Shown: piece after piece, positions 1 to 9,909 of the stretch
Position numbering within the stretch: the first letter of the stretch is position 1
How the letters are laid out: every line of letters starts with the position of its first letter
Virus record (IMG/VR): IMGVR_UViG_3300020473_002200
Span: 124,265-188,264 of that record
Length of the DNA stretch: 64,000 nt
Direction: 5' to 3' (one strand)
DNA from: a virus
Program-made: the position numbers and the translations under genes
Notes under the pieces: generated by a model
Seen by the model: only the letters and a program-made list of their open reading frames with translations
Databases searched by the model: none
What the model was told of the DNA's origin: nothing

Positions 1-1
1 G

Positions 2-301
2 TATATCGATGATGTTGTTGATGCCAATATAAGGGCAGCTGAAAGCCCCAAGACAATGAGCGGTAATACATACAATGTAGGCACAGGTGCGACGTATAGC
101 AATAACGAGATCTTGGGTTTACTTAAAAATAAGTTTGGTGATCTTGAAATTAACCACGCGCCTGAAAGACCTGGCGACGTTAAGCATACAAAGGCAAATA
201 TAGCAAAGATTTTTGAAGATCTTGGCTGGAAGCCTAAGTGGGATTTTGTATCTGGGTTAAATGAAACAATAAAGTGGTGGGGTCTAAAAGAGAACTCCTA
301 A
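2..301 (+). CDS. NAD-dependent epimerase/dehydratase, C-terminal part (gene starts upstream of window)
   Basis: Frame open from base 2: YIDDVVDAN...YNVGTG...RPGDVKHTKANI..LGWKPK, the typical extended-SDR C-terminus. Confidence 0.85.
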   Translation, partial: YIDDVVDANIRAAESPKTMSGNTYNVGTGATYSNNEILGLLKNKFGDLEINHAPERPGDVKHTKANIAKIFEDLGWKPKWDFVSGLNETIKWWGLKENS

Positions 302-900
302 TGAAAAGAAACCCACGATTTGAAATTTTTACTGGCCCAATGTTTGGTGGAAAAACGACTCGTCTAATCGCTGCTTTAGATAGATACCAATACCAAAATA
401 AGAGTATTTTACTGTTTAAACCAAAGATTGATAATAGGTATGATAAAAATTCCGTTGTAACGCATAGCGGCTTGAGCCTATCTTCTAGGACAGTGGGGTT
501 TAGTCGTGTGGAAAATGTGGCAAATGGAGATGAATTATTAGAAAGATTCGAGTATCTTAATTCTGGTTGCGATATAGACGTTGTCGCTGTTGACGAGGCA
601 TTTATGATTGGGGGATCCGCTAGTGCTCTTAAAGCGATTTATAATTTTTTTGGGAAAACAATACTTGTTTCTAGTCTGCAATTATCGTCTTCTGGCGAGT
701 CCTATAAAGAGATATTAGATATTTTACCATGGGCAACAAATATTCAAATTTGTCCTGCAGTATGTGCTATTTGTGGCGAAGACGCTTATTTTACACAAAA
801 AATCGCAGGGAATAATGATCCTGGTAAATTGGAGATTGGTGGATCTGATTTGTATCAGCCTCGTTGTCATAATCATTTTAATCCACAGGAATTATTGTGA
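301..900 (+). CDS. tdk: Thymidine kinase
   Basis: GPMFGGKTT P-loop, VDEAF, CxxC and IGG..Y.PRC motifs; start at 301 coupled (TAATG) to upstream stop. Confidence 0.93.
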   Translation: MKRNPRFEIFTGPMFGGKTTRLIAALDRYQYQNKSILLFKPKIDNRYDKNSVVTHSGLSLSSRTVGFSRVENVANGDELLERFEYLNSGCDIDVVAVDEAFMIGGSASALKAIYNFFGKTILVSSLQLSSSGESYKEILDILPWATNIQICPAVCAICGEDAYFTQKIAGNNDPGKLEIGGSDLYQPRCHNHFNPQELL

Positions 901-1313
901 ATAAAAGTGCATGGGTTTTAAAGTCTGAAAAAATTGTAAAAGACTGGGGCCATGAAGTAAGATGGGATTTTGTAACGCAGCAAATATTTGGTAAAAAGCT
1001 TTTTATAAAAGAGGGGTTCTCAACAAGGACCAAGTATTTTACCAATAAAAGCGAAACTTTTTTTCTAGAAGAAGGAGAGTTAGAAGTAGTTTTCGCTCCA
1101 GAATCTTATTTATTGAATAGAGACGTTCAGTTAGTTACAAGAAGGGTTTTAGTTAAAGGAGACGTATTTCAAATTCAATCAGGGTGTCCATACACTTTAA
1201 AGGCTTTAGCTGATTGTAATATTTATGAAATCAGTTCATCAGGAAATTCCACTTTTTGTGTTTTAAATGATGAATATTTTAATATGACTGAACAAAGGAA
1301 TAAAAATGGTTGA
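897..1313 (+). CDS. Cupin-domain protein (mannose-6-phosphate isomerase-like)
   Basis: KDWGHE (cf. KPWGxE) plus cupin beta pattern. Confidence 0.6.
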   Translation: MNKSAWVLKSEKIVKDWGHEVRWDFVTQQIFGKKLFIKEGFSTRTKYFTNKSETFFLEEGELEVVFAPESYLLNRDVQLVTRRVLVKGDVFQIQSGCPYTLKALADCNIYEISSSGNSTFCVLNDEYFNMTEQRNKNG

Positions 1314-2166
1314 ACCCAACCAAGTGAATTGCGTAATCTATCACGCAGATTGTACCGATGGTTTTGGTGCAGCATACGCTGCCTGGAAACAATTGGGTAA
1401 TAGAGCAGAATATCATGCATGTAGACATGGTCAAACCCCTCCAGATGTAAAAGACAAGATTGTTGCGATACTGGATTTTTCATTTGACAATGCCACAACA
1501 AAGCAAATGATTGAAGACGCAGAGGGCTTAATTGTTATTGATCACCACAAATCTGCAATGGTAGAGCTTCATGATATATCAAATACACATTTCGATATGA
1601 CTAAATCTGGCGCTATGTTATCGTGGGAATTTTTTCATCCTGGTAAAGAACCGCCAAAGTTTGTAAGATATATTATGGATAGAGATCTCTGGACATGGGA
1701 GCTTGATTATTCAAAGGAATTTAGCGCTGCTTTTGATATGGTACCATTTGAATTTGAGGAATTTGAAAAGTTTGAAGATGACTCAGTATTCGATGATGCA
1801 GTTAAGCGTGGTTCATATATCCTCGCATATTCAAAGACAGTTGTAAAAAAAGTTTGTGAGAAAGCGGTTGTCCGTTACTTTGAAGATAAAAAGATTATGA
1901 TAGTAAATGCGTCACACTGGATGTCAGAAATTGGGTCTAGATTATCTCCCGATTGTGACTTTGCAGTGATCTGGTATTTTGATCATGATATGGGTATTAC
2001 TAAGGTTAGCTTAAGATCTTTTCATGACAATGTAGATGTTAGTGAGTTTGCTAAAAAATTTGGGGGTGGTGGTCATAAGAAGGCCGCCGGCTTTACTCTC
2101 CCAATAGATCAGCATATTGACAATTTATTTACTCTAGAACCAGAAAAAAAGGAAGAATCTTCATAA
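1306..2166 (+). CDS. DHH/DHHA1 phosphoesterase (NrnB-like nanoRNase)
   Basis: YHADCTDG, DFSF, IDHH, DRDLW, GGGGHKKAAGF motifs. Confidence 0.88.
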   Translation: MVEPNQVNCVIYHADCTDGFGAAYAAWKQLGNRAEYHACRHGQTPPDVKDKIVAILDFSFDNATTKQMIEDAEGLIVIDHHKSAMVELHDISNTHFDMTKSGAMLSWEFFHPGKEPPKFVRYIMDRDLWTWELDYSKEFSAAFDMVPFEFEEFEKFEDDSVFDDAVKRGSYILAYSKTVVKKVCEKAVVRYFEDKKIMIVNASHWMSEIGSRLSPDCDFAVIWYFDHDMGITKVSLRSFHDNVDVSEFAKKFGGGGHKKAAGFTLPIDQHIDNLFTLEPEKKEESS

Positions 2167-2169
2167 TTA

Positions 2170-3621
2170 ATGATTGCGGAGGAAGATATGAAGAAAAACT
2201 CTGAGATATTATACGAGATAGCGTTAAAATTAGTCGACGACAATGTACTATTTGAGCATGCAATGTCTAATCGTTCTGTCTATGGAATGTTGATGGAAGA
2301 CATCAATGATGCCGATATTGAAAAGCTAAGATCAGCTGTTCAGGTTTCCATGAAGGCAGTTGATCAAAATATGAAAGTTGCAAATGAGCTTAATCTTGCG
2401 TCATTGGTCGACTATTTTAATAAGCTAAAAGGCTCGTTAACAAAGGCTGGCACTCTTGCTTCTAAGCTAGATTTAGCTGATGCAGATGGAGTGGCTGCTC
2501 AAATTAAGGGGTTTTTTGGGAAAAAGATGGATGTTTCCAGAGCACTTCAGGCTGTAATTGATTTACAAAATAAGTCGAATACTGCCGGCCAAACGCTAGC
2601 CAGCGCAATTCAATTAATTAGTAAAAACCTTGAAGGTAAAGTTGAAGACGACGTTACCTTAAGTGATCTAGACGCTGACAAACACGGTCTTACAGCTGAT
2701 GATTTAAAATCAGGTGTATCAAAGGCTTTTAAGAGCTCTAAGCCTAAGGGCTTTTTGGCGAAGCTTGGCGCTTTAATGGGCAAATCAAAATTTATTGCTT
2801 CAATTCCTGGAGCTGAAGAGATTGATGAGTTGCCAGTCGATAAATTGGCTGACGAATTATTAAATTTGACATTCGGCCAGCTAAAGTCACTAGACGTAGA
2901 AGTTCAAAAAACTTCTGCGGCCGCTGAAAAAGCAGTAGTCCCACCAGATGTTGTAAAGGGTGTTCATAGTTCTGCCGAAGAAGCTCCGCCTCCTGGAAAA
3001 GAATCTGAAGAAGGTCCTGTTGCTGCTTCTGCTGAAGGTGGCGAAGGTGAAGGTAAAGAGGGCGAAGAAGGTGCTGAAGGTGCTGAAGGTGAAGAAGGCG
3101 CTGAGGGTGAAGAGGTTCCAGAAAACCCTGAGGAAGAGTCTGATCCTGCAAAAGAAATAAAGGCCGCTGCAGCCGAAGTACAGTCTAAGCCAATGTCACC
3201 AAAAGATGCTGTCGCCAAAGCTTTATCTGATTGGGAGTCTTCGTTATCCGACTCGAGTCAAAAAACGCTTCAAGCTAAAGGCAGAAGCCAAGAGTTAAAA
3301 GATGGAATCTTTACCGGTATTGATAAAGGCAAGGCTGCTGTTGAAAAAGCTGTTGCCAAGGCAGTTAAGACCTGGCGTGGCGCGCACGAAGAAACGCTGA
3401 TTAAGTCAAAGAGGTTTGCTAAGAAAAACTTTGATTCTTTAGAGGAGCTAATTCCAAGTCTTGCAGCACAGGTCTTAGTTCAGACTAGCGAAAGTCGACA
3501 GCGCAAGATCACAACAACTCAAATTAGAAAATTTGTTCATAAAAGATTAGACGATGTGTTTCGTCCACAAAATCGTTTGTACGAAACTTGGCAAAAGAAT
3601 GCTGGTCTATTAAAAGATTAA
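2170..3621 (+). CDS. Hypothetical protein with acidic Gly/Glu linker (possible virion protein)
   Basis: 483-aa ORF, helical, EGEEG low-complexity segment. Confidence 0.6.
   Translation: MIAEEDMKKNSEILYEIALKLVDDNVLFEHAMSNRSVYGMLMEDINDADIEKLRSAVQVSMKAVDQNMKVANELNLASLVDYFNKLKGSLTKAGTLASKLDLADADGVAAQIKGFFGKKMDVSRALQAVIDLQNKSNTAGQTLASAIQLISKNLEGKVEDDVTLSDLDADKHGLTADDLKSGVSKAFKSSKPKGFLAKLGALMGKSKFIASIPGAEEIDELPVDKLADELLNLTFGQLKSLDVEVQKTSAAAEKAVVPPDVVKGVHSSAEEAPPPGKESEEGPVAASAEGGEGEGKEGEEGAEGAEGEEGAEGEEVPENPEEESDPAKEIKAAAAEVQSKPMSPKDAVAKALSDWESSLSDSSQKTLQAKGRSQELKDGIFTGIDKGKAAVEKAVAKAVKTWRGAHEETLIKSKRFAKKNFDSLEELIPSLAAQVLVQTSESRQRKITTTQIRKFVHKRLDDVFRPQNRLYETWQKNAGLLKD
3031..3115 (+). repeat. Low-complexity coding repeat (GAAGGT/GAAGGC units encoding EG/EEG)
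   Basis: Tandem gaaggt/gaaggc units visible. Confidence 0.7.
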
Positions 3622-3622
3622 A

Positions 3623-4054
3623 ATGGAAAATAACCACAGACCTTCTTGGGATAGCGTCTGGGCGAATGTAGCAACTGCGATTTCTAAAAGATCATATGAT
3701 CCACGCTATCAGGTAGGCGCAATCGTCGTAACGTCTGATAACACTCAGGTATTATCAGTGGGGTATAATGGTAATTACTCTGGTGGTCCCAACGAAGTTG
3801 AGTCAGAAGTACCTGGGCAATCTGGTTTTATTCATGCAGAAATAAACTGTTTGCTTAAGATGGACTATAATAACCCGAAGACTAAAGTAATGTATTTAAC
3901 TTTAAGCCCTTGTAAGATGTGCGCAAAGGCGATAGTGAATGCTGGAATATCTGAGCTTGTTTATTTAAACGAATATAGGGATAAAACTGGTTTAGATATT
4001 TTACGTGAAGCAGGAATAAAGTGTAGAAAATACTTATTTAGTGATGGAGTATAG
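3623..4054 (+). CDS. dCMP deaminase
   Basis: VGAIVV, GYNG, HAEIN, LSPCKMC zinc-deaminase motifs. Confidence 0.9.
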   Translation: MENNHRPSWDSVWANVATAISKRSYDPRYQVGAIVVTSDNTQVLSVGYNGNYSGGPNEVESEVPGQSGFIHAEINCLLKMDYNNPKTKVMYLTLSPCKMCAKAIVNAGISELVYLNEYRDKTGLDILREAGIKCRKYLFSDGV

Positions 4055-4421
4055 CATGAATAAACCTGAAGCTTTTTTAAAGGCTCTTTTATTAAAAGAG
4101 TATGAAGACAGACTAAAAACAGTTTCCCTACTAAAGGAGACTGCAGTAACAGACTCTAAGGGTAGGGTTGTCCTTGATCCTGATTTAAAGGTTCGCCACA
4201 AAAGTTCAGGGTTCGAGTATACCATTAAAAAGATTAAAGATGATAATGGGAATATTTCTATCACTTTAAGAACACCTGACGCCCCTAGGGTGAAGCCCTC
4301 TCCTTCTCATACTCACGTAATCGCAGGCCAAGAAGAAGAGCTAATTTCAATGCCAGATACAGATGATGCTGAATTTGCTATTGATCAAGAAGAATTTGAA
4401 AAAGATTACGAGGTTGATTGA
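4041..4421 (+). CDS. Hypothetical protein
   Basis: ORF overlapping both neighbours. Confidence 0.55.
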   Translation: MMEYSMNKPEAFLKALLLKEYEDRLKTVSLLKETAVTDSKGRVVLDPDLKVRHKSSGFEYTIKKIKDDNGNISITLRTPDAPRVKPSPSHTHVIAGQEEELISMPDTDDAEFAIDQEEFEKDYEVD

Positions 4422-5110
4422 TGAAAGATTTAAATAAGAAGATTATGTCTGAAATTAAAAGATCTCTTGGTGACAACTTAGACGAAGCATATGTAACACA
4501 GGCTAAGAAATATGAATTGTCAACAGAGCTACTTAGCGATAAAACAAAAAATAGCCACCAGGAAATTTTAGAAGCGCATGTCGAAAAACTAAATGAGGTT
4601 TCGGCATTCTTAGATACTGCCGAAAGAGAACTAGCAGATATTAATAACTCTAAGCTTCGTTCTCTTAAGGAAGATGAAGTATATAATCTTAATGCTTCAT
4701 TTTTACATGCGTATTATTTTGAAAATATAGGCGATCAGCATTCTGTTATTAATATGGATTCTATTGCATTTATGCGATTGGAAAGAGATTTCGGCTCTTT
4801 TGATAATTGGCAAAAGGATTTTATAGCATGCGCGCTAAGCTCTCGAAACGGCTGGGCAATAACTGTTTATAATTTTTTCCTAAATAGATATATGAATATT
4901 GTGGTAGATTTGCACAGCAATCATGTTCCATTTGCAAGTTATCCAGTCATAGTTTTAGATTGTTGGGAACACGCTTATTATAGGGACTATTTGGGAGATA
5001 AGAGATCTTATACGTTCGCAATGATGAAAGAACTCAGGTGGTCTAGGATCGAAGAGCGTATCAAGAAGGTCGAGGCCATGGCAAAAGTTAGTCAAGGAAA
5101 AGCGCAATGA
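4418..5110 (+). CDS. sod: Fe/Mn superoxide dismutase family protein
   Basis: LHAYYFENI, DFGSFDNWQKDF, GWA, DCWEHAYY signature. Confidence 0.85.
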   Translation: MMKDLNKKIMSEIKRSLGDNLDEAYVTQAKKYELSTELLSDKTKNSHQEILEAHVEKLNEVSAFLDTAERELADINNSKLRSLKEDEVYNLNASFLHAYYFENIGDQHSVINMDSIAFMRLERDFGSFDNWQKDFIACALSSRNGWAITVYNFFLNRYMNIVVDLHSNHVPFASYPVIVLDCWEHAYYRDYLGDKRSYTFAMMKELRWSRIEERIKKVEAMAKVSQGKAQ

Positions 5111-5727
5111 ATAGAGACGATATTAAAGAATTCTTAGAATTAGCCATGGGCCTTAAGAAGAGTAGTCGAATGCTTGCCGAAGCTGGCGAAGATGAAGATG
5201 ATCCCTTTGCAGACGATGAAGAGGGTGGAGATGAAGAAGCTGGAGATGAAGAAGGTGCCGAAGGTGATGAAGAAGAAGAAGAGGAAGAAGTAGAAGTTAC
5301 TAAAGACGAAGAAATCGAGCTTAATAAAAGTTTAGATGATTCATTAAATGCTTTATTTATAGATATTGAGACAGATGCATTAAAGAGTGCAGCTGTGCAA
5401 AAGCAGGAAGAGTCATATTCTCTTCGAGCTGCTTTATTGAAGGAATCTGAAACGCCTGATTTAGACATAGAAAAATTTGCTTCTGAAACTGCACGAATTA
5501 TTAAGAACGCAGATGTCTTATTAGATATCGAAGAAATTATTATGTCTAAAGCAAGAGATTATTTATTGTCAAAATATGATGAAGATACAGAGTCTGATTT
5601 TCTAGAAATTATGAGAACTAGATTTCATGTTGATCATCGTACTGATCATGAAAAAGACCAGGATCAAAGAGAGATCCCAACACCTATCGCTGTAGGTGCT
5701 GGTGGTGGCGAGGGCGGCGGCGCTTGA
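5107..5727 (+). CDS. Acidic hypothetical protein
   Basis: 206-aa ORF with poly-E/D tract. Confidence 0.55.
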   Translation: MNRDDIKEFLELAMGLKKSSRMLAEAGEDEDDPFADDEEGGDEEAGDEEGAEGDEEEEEEEVEVTKDEEIELNKSLDDSLNALFIDIETDALKSAAVQKQEESYSLRAALLKESETPDLDIEKFASETARIIKNADVLLDIEEIIMSKARDYLLSKYDEDTESDFLEIMRTRFHVDHRTDHEKDQDQREIPTPIAVGAGGGEGGGA

Positions 5728-5990
5728 ATAGAAAATCTGTTCATATTAATCTTAATGAATCTGTACATGCAGAGTTTAGGATTCTTGCATTTAAGAATAA
5801 GCTCTCGATGCAAGAGATAATCTCGGGGCTTATAACAAGCTTAGTCGATAAAGACCCATATCTGGAAGAACTTATCCAAAAGCTTAAGGAAAATAAGCGA
5901 AATAAAGAGCTTAAAAAGATAACCAACGTTGAATCAATAGATATTTTTGATGAAATAGTTTCTGGCTCACCCTGGAAGACTGAAGAATAG
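5724..5990 (+). CDS. Ribbon-helix-helix DNA-binding protein (putative)
   Basis: N-terminal alternating beta strand KSVHINL followed by two helices. Confidence 0.5.
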   Translation: MNRKSVHINLNESVHAEFRILAFKNKLSMQEIISGLITSLVDKDPYLEELIQKLKENKRNKELKKITNVESIDIFDEIVSGSPWKTEE

Positions 5991-6040
5991 TATCCATTTT
6001 GTCATTTGTGTGATAGTTAATATTATCATGGAGGTGCCCT

Positions 6041-6253
6041 ATGACACAAATGGCGAAAGCATTCGCGGATAAGCATTTAGAAAGATTTGTATCAAGAAAA
6101 TTTTTAGCATGGATTACAGCTACTGGTTTGTGCGCTTATGGAACAGTAACAAGCGGAGATTGGGTTGCGGTAACTTTAGTCTATATAGGTTCACAAGCCT
6201 TAGTAGATTTGGCCGTCCAATGGAAGCACGGTAAATCGATAAACAAGGAATAA
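6041..6253 (+). CDS. Small membrane protein, holin-like
   Basis: SRKF motif preceding two hydrophobic segments. Confidence 0.45.
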   Translation: MTQMAKAFADKHLERFVSRKFLAWITATGLCAYGTVTSGDWVAVTLVYIGSQALVDLAVQWKHGKSINKE

Positions 6254-6255
6254 AG

Positions 6256-6618
6256 ATGGAGTTTTTACAAAAGACTTGGAAGTTTTTCTTAGGTATATTT
6301 GTCGCTATTATAGGTGGCATGCTTCTTTTTAGAAAGGACAATGCTGCTGAAATAATAGAGGAATCGACAAAGGCAGGTGACAGCTCTTTTGATAAGATAA
6401 AAAAATCAAATCAAATTAGAAATGAAAAAGATGATGAAGCCGATTCAAAGCACCAAAAAGAAATTGATAAAATTACCAGCATATATGAAAAAAATAAAGC
6501 CAGCTTAAATTTTAAGATGAGAGCAAAAATTGAAAAATCTATTAAGAGTAGTAATCCTGAGGCTGCGACAGCTCAGTTAGCAAAATTTTTAGGTGCTGAT
6601 AATTTAGATGACCTATAG
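6256..6618 (+). CDS. N-terminally anchored coiled-coil protein
   Basis: One N-terminal TM segment, charged helical remainder. Confidence 0.5.
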   Translation: MEFLQKTWKFFLGIFVAIIGGMLLFRKDNAAEIIEESTKAGDSSFDKIKKSNQIRNEKDDEADSKHQKEIDKITSIYEKNKASLNFKMRAKIEKSIKSSNPEAATAQLAKFLGADNLDDL

Positions 6619-6660
6619 TCCATACCTAAACTTTTCTCAAATTTTGATATTATCTTAAAC

Positions 6661-7101
6661 ATGGTTAAAAAGATTTTTTGCATATTTTTGTCTATATCGC
6701 TATTATGTAGCGTTTCACTTGCGCAAGAGTCGAAAGTAAAGACTTTGCAAGAGGGTCAATCTGCACCCTTTACTGGCACTTTATTAAACAAAGAGGCGAT
6801 AGCAGAGATTCTCATTAAGGCGAATAGCTTTGAGGAGCAATGCAATTTGAGGGTAAAAAAAGAGACAGATATTTCTAATGCAAATTGTCAATTGAGCATA
6901 GATAAATTAAAAAATGCTAATCTTTTTGAAATATCAGTGTATAAATCTCAAAATGATTTTTTACGTAAGCAAATAGATTTATCTATTAAAGAGCTTGAAA
7001 GAAAGTCTACTGCAACAGAGTGGTGGTTCGTTGGAGGGTTCGTTGCTGGCGCGCTAATTGCCATTGGGGCAGGTTATCTTACTCATAAAATAGCAGATTA
7101 G
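6661..7101 (+). CDS. Signal-peptide protein with C-terminal TM helix
   Basis: Cleavable-looking signal (SLA-QE), coiled coil, C-terminal hydrophobic helix. Confidence 0.5.
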   Translation: MVKKIFCIFLSISLLCSVSLAQESKVKTLQEGQSAPFTGTLLNKEAIAEILIKANSFEEQCNLRVKKETDISNANCQLSIDKLKNANLFEISVYKSQNDFLRKQIDLSIKELERKSTATEWWFVGGFVAGALIAIGAGYLTHKIAD

Positions 7102-7150
7102 GGATCATTACTATAATAAGGTGATAATTAATCATTGAGGTGTACACACT

Positions 7151-8335
7151 ATGAAATATAAAAAAGTCAGAAAAATTATTAACAATATTCTTTTTGAGAC
7201 GACCTATAACATAAGATCAACAGATGACCATCGTGCTGGTCAATTTGCGGCGCATCAGGATGATCCTGAAAATGAAGAGTCAAAGGTTGGTTTACCCAAG
7301 GAAGTTCCACTGCAGCCAGATGATGCGACTGGGATCAACGCGATTATGTCTCGTCCACCTGTAGAGGATGATGACTATGTTCCAAAAACGCCTTCGGATT
7401 TAGCTGCAGCTGTGAAGGCGATGTCTGAGCTAATGGATAATGATGAAATTGTTTCTGTGTATGCACAGTTTAAAGACATCTTAAAAAAGGGCGGCGATCC
7501 AGAAAACGTAAATGAAGGATATGATGATTATGATGAATTTGAGCTTCCTGATGATAGCGATATGCCGGATGAATTTAGATCTGGATATTCAATAGAGGAT
7601 GAACCTGATGAGGAGCCTGAAGAATCTGAAAAGTTCCAGGCGTCGAAATCATCTGGTGAGGCTTCACTTTCTGACTTGGTGAACACTGGGTTAATGCCGG
7701 GTGTATCTGGGGAGTCTGGCGCGAAACAATGGATCGGCAGAAAGAAAAAGAAGATGGCTGCTGTTCATTTAATCGGTGATGATCAAATTCAAAAAGCAAA
7801 AAATTACGCAAGAGACATTTGGGTTGGAGCGCTCGAGGCGACAGAGGCACTAGACTCTGAAGAAGCAGCAGCGCTAAAAAAATCTGATTATACGTTGACT
7901 AACCCTGCTTTTTTAAGCTTTTTTAATCTTGGTTTTTTGGAGCCATCTTTAAAGCCGATTAGAGTCCAGCGCGATCGAGACGCAAAAGAAGAAATTGCGT
8001 CTTTAGATGTACCACCCCAGATAGAAACGATGGTGTTTAATCAGTTAATAGGGAACTCTCCTATTAGCGCTAGAAAAATTCGTCTCAAATTAAATAGAGG
8101 ATTTCCTGATATGAATCTTGAAGAGATGGATGATGTCGTTTCAAAGGCAATGGATTTTATTAAGTCAAATACAGAAAAGTATCAAAAAGAGTACCTTTCA
8201 GATGCTGACTTCATCAAAGCCGTTAAGGACGCCTGGAGCAAAAAATCAACGAAGGAAAAAATGGATATAACATTTTCTGCTATCGACGATGCAGAAGACT
8301 TTCAAGATCAGGCTGGGAAAATAGGGTTGAGATGA
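7151..8335 (+). CDS. Hypothetical protein (acidic, possible virion protein)
   Basis: 394-aa ORF. Confidence 0.55.
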   Translation: MKYKKVRKIINNILFETTYNIRSTDDHRAGQFAAHQDDPENEESKVGLPKEVPLQPDDATGINAIMSRPPVEDDDYVPKTPSDLAAAVKAMSELMDNDEIVSVYAQFKDILKKGGDPENVNEGYDDYDEFELPDDSDMPDEFRSGYSIEDEPDEEPEESEKFQASKSSGEASLSDLVNTGLMPGVSGESGAKQWIGRKKKKMAAVHLIGDDQIQKAKNYARDIWVGALEATEALDSEEAAALKKSDYTLTNPAFLSFFNLGFLEPSLKPIRVQRDRDAKEEIASLDVPPQIETMVFNQLIGNSPISARKIRLKLNRGFPDMNLEEMDDVVSKAMDFIKSNTEKYQKEYLSDADFIKAVKDAWSKKSTKEKMDITFSAIDDAEDFQDQAGKIGLR

Positions 8336-8709
8336 AGCTTAAGTCTATTATGGGCGAAGGTTTTCTAAGAGAAGAATTTACATCGCCTTCATTTTTGCCC
8401 AAAGAGCTTCCAGGTAGATCAAATGAATCTCCTTGTAATGTAGCTGGTAATTCAAGCTGGAGTGAAGACGAAGGAGTTTCGAATAAAAGCTTTAGTTTTA
8501 TAAGTCGTCAACCTATGCATTCATTTTGTGAATATATATTCGATTTAGAACAACAACACGGCGTTCATGTAGCACTTTCTTATAAGGCTGATGATAACAC
8601 TGTAGATCTAAAGGTGCCACATCAATTGCTGGGGGGAAATCATTTTAGACATTTCTTTCAAGAGATAGATAATATCTACTATGATGTAGTAGAAAGTTTT
8701 AAAAAATGA
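8332..8709 (+). CDS. Pterin-4a-carbinolamine dehydratase-like fold (divergent)
   Basis: W...KSFSF....F...IFDLEQQHGVH pattern resembles PCD. Confidence 0.35.
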   Translation: MKLKSIMGEGFLREEFTSPSFLPKELPGRSNESPCNVAGNSSWSEDEGVSNKSFSFISRQPMHSFCEYIFDLEQQHGVHVALSYKADDNTVDLKVPHQLLGGNHFRHFFQEIDNIYYDVVESFKK

Positions 8710-9089
8710 CTGATTATACAAACCAAGAATTTCAAAGAATATTGGGGAATCCAGAAAATGAGATTATTTCTGATTCTCTTAAGGAGCGCTTAGGCCCTTC
8801 ATCACAATCCATAGATTTATCTATATCATTTGGTAAGCAGCGTTTTGAGTGCACACTAGATTCTTTCTCGTTAGTGCCTGATAAAAGAAAGTTGTCTAGA
8901 ATATCTTTACTGCTTGGGGCAGAAGTAATAGGTGCTTTAATGTCCGGGGATGAATTTGTCATTAACTGTAACAAGCCAGATATTTATATTACAGCTAGCG
9001 ATTGCGAATCGATCGATTGTTTTAAATATAATAATGACACCTATGTGCTAGAGGTTTCTATAATGCAAAAAGGAGTATTAAGTGATTAA
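8706..9089 (+). CDS. Hypothetical protein
   Basis: Coupled ORF. Confidence 0.5.
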   Translation: MTDYTNQEFQRILGNPENEIISDSLKERLGPSSQSIDLSISFGKQRFECTLDSFSLVPDKRKLSRISLLLGAEVIGALMSGDEFVINCNKPDIYITASDCESIDCFKYNNDTYVLEVSIMQKGVLSD

Positions 9090-9909
9090 TGATGATCTTA
9101 TAAGAAAAGCAGTCCTAGAGGCCTTCGCATTGATATCAGAGCAAGTTCAGGATGCGTCACAAGAAGAAAAAGAAAAACAACAGGCAATTTCTAACACCAT
9201 AGATGATGAAGGTATTAGAAAGAAAAAGTCGTCTAAGGACGAAGTTGAAGAAGATGAAGAGGGTACCGAAGAAGACACTGGTGATAAAAAAAGCGACAGC
9301 TTAGATTTGGTTAAGAAAAAAGAAGATAAAGACAATAAGTTTTCTTACGAAATTCCTGAAAAGATGCCAAAGAATGTTCAATTTAAGGATGTGCTACACC
9401 AATTAAACGCACTAAGATCAGGTGCCAGCACAAAAGACAGTGATGTAAAGCAAGGTCTTTTGAAATATTTCGATAATCTAGATTCTGATGAAAAGCAAGA
9501 GCTTTTTTCTATGATGGCTGGATTCGCTACAATCATGAACAAGGCGGGAGATGTAGAAGATGCTCCTATGCCAGATGATATTAAGAAACCAAAAGGCAAA
9601 GATGACACAAAGGTGCAACCGGTTAAAAAAGCTGGTAACGCCCCGATTGTCGTAGGTGAAAATTCACAGAAGCTATCAGAGCTTATGATCGTTTTAGAAA
9701 ACACGAAGGAAAAGCACCGATGTATTAATGGTAAACTTGTACCATTCGCCTCTACACGTGCAATAAAAGATATAGAGGGCAGGATATCTGACGCTGAATC
9801 TTCTAGAAATACATGCTCAAGAGGCTCTGAAGCAAGATCACATTATAATGGGTTATTAAAGTATTTGAGAATGCAATTAAGAGCAGCTCAAAAGGTAAAT
9901 GGGTCTTAA
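9082..9909 (+). CDS. Hypothetical protein
   Basis: 275-aa ORF. Confidence 0.55.
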   Translation: MINDDLIRKAVLEAFALISEQVQDASQEEKEKQQAISNTIDDEGIRKKKSSKDEVEEDEEGTEEDTGDKKSDSLDLVKKKEDKDNKFSYEIPEKMPKNVQFKDVLHQLNALRSGASTKDSDVKQGLLKYFDNLDSDEKQELFSMMAGFATIMNKAGDVEDAPMPDDIKKPKGKDDTKVQPVKKAGNAPIVVGENSQKLSELMIVLENTKEKHRCINGKLVPFASTRAIKDIEGRISDAESSRNTCSRGSEARSHYNGLLKYLRMQLRAAQKVNGS

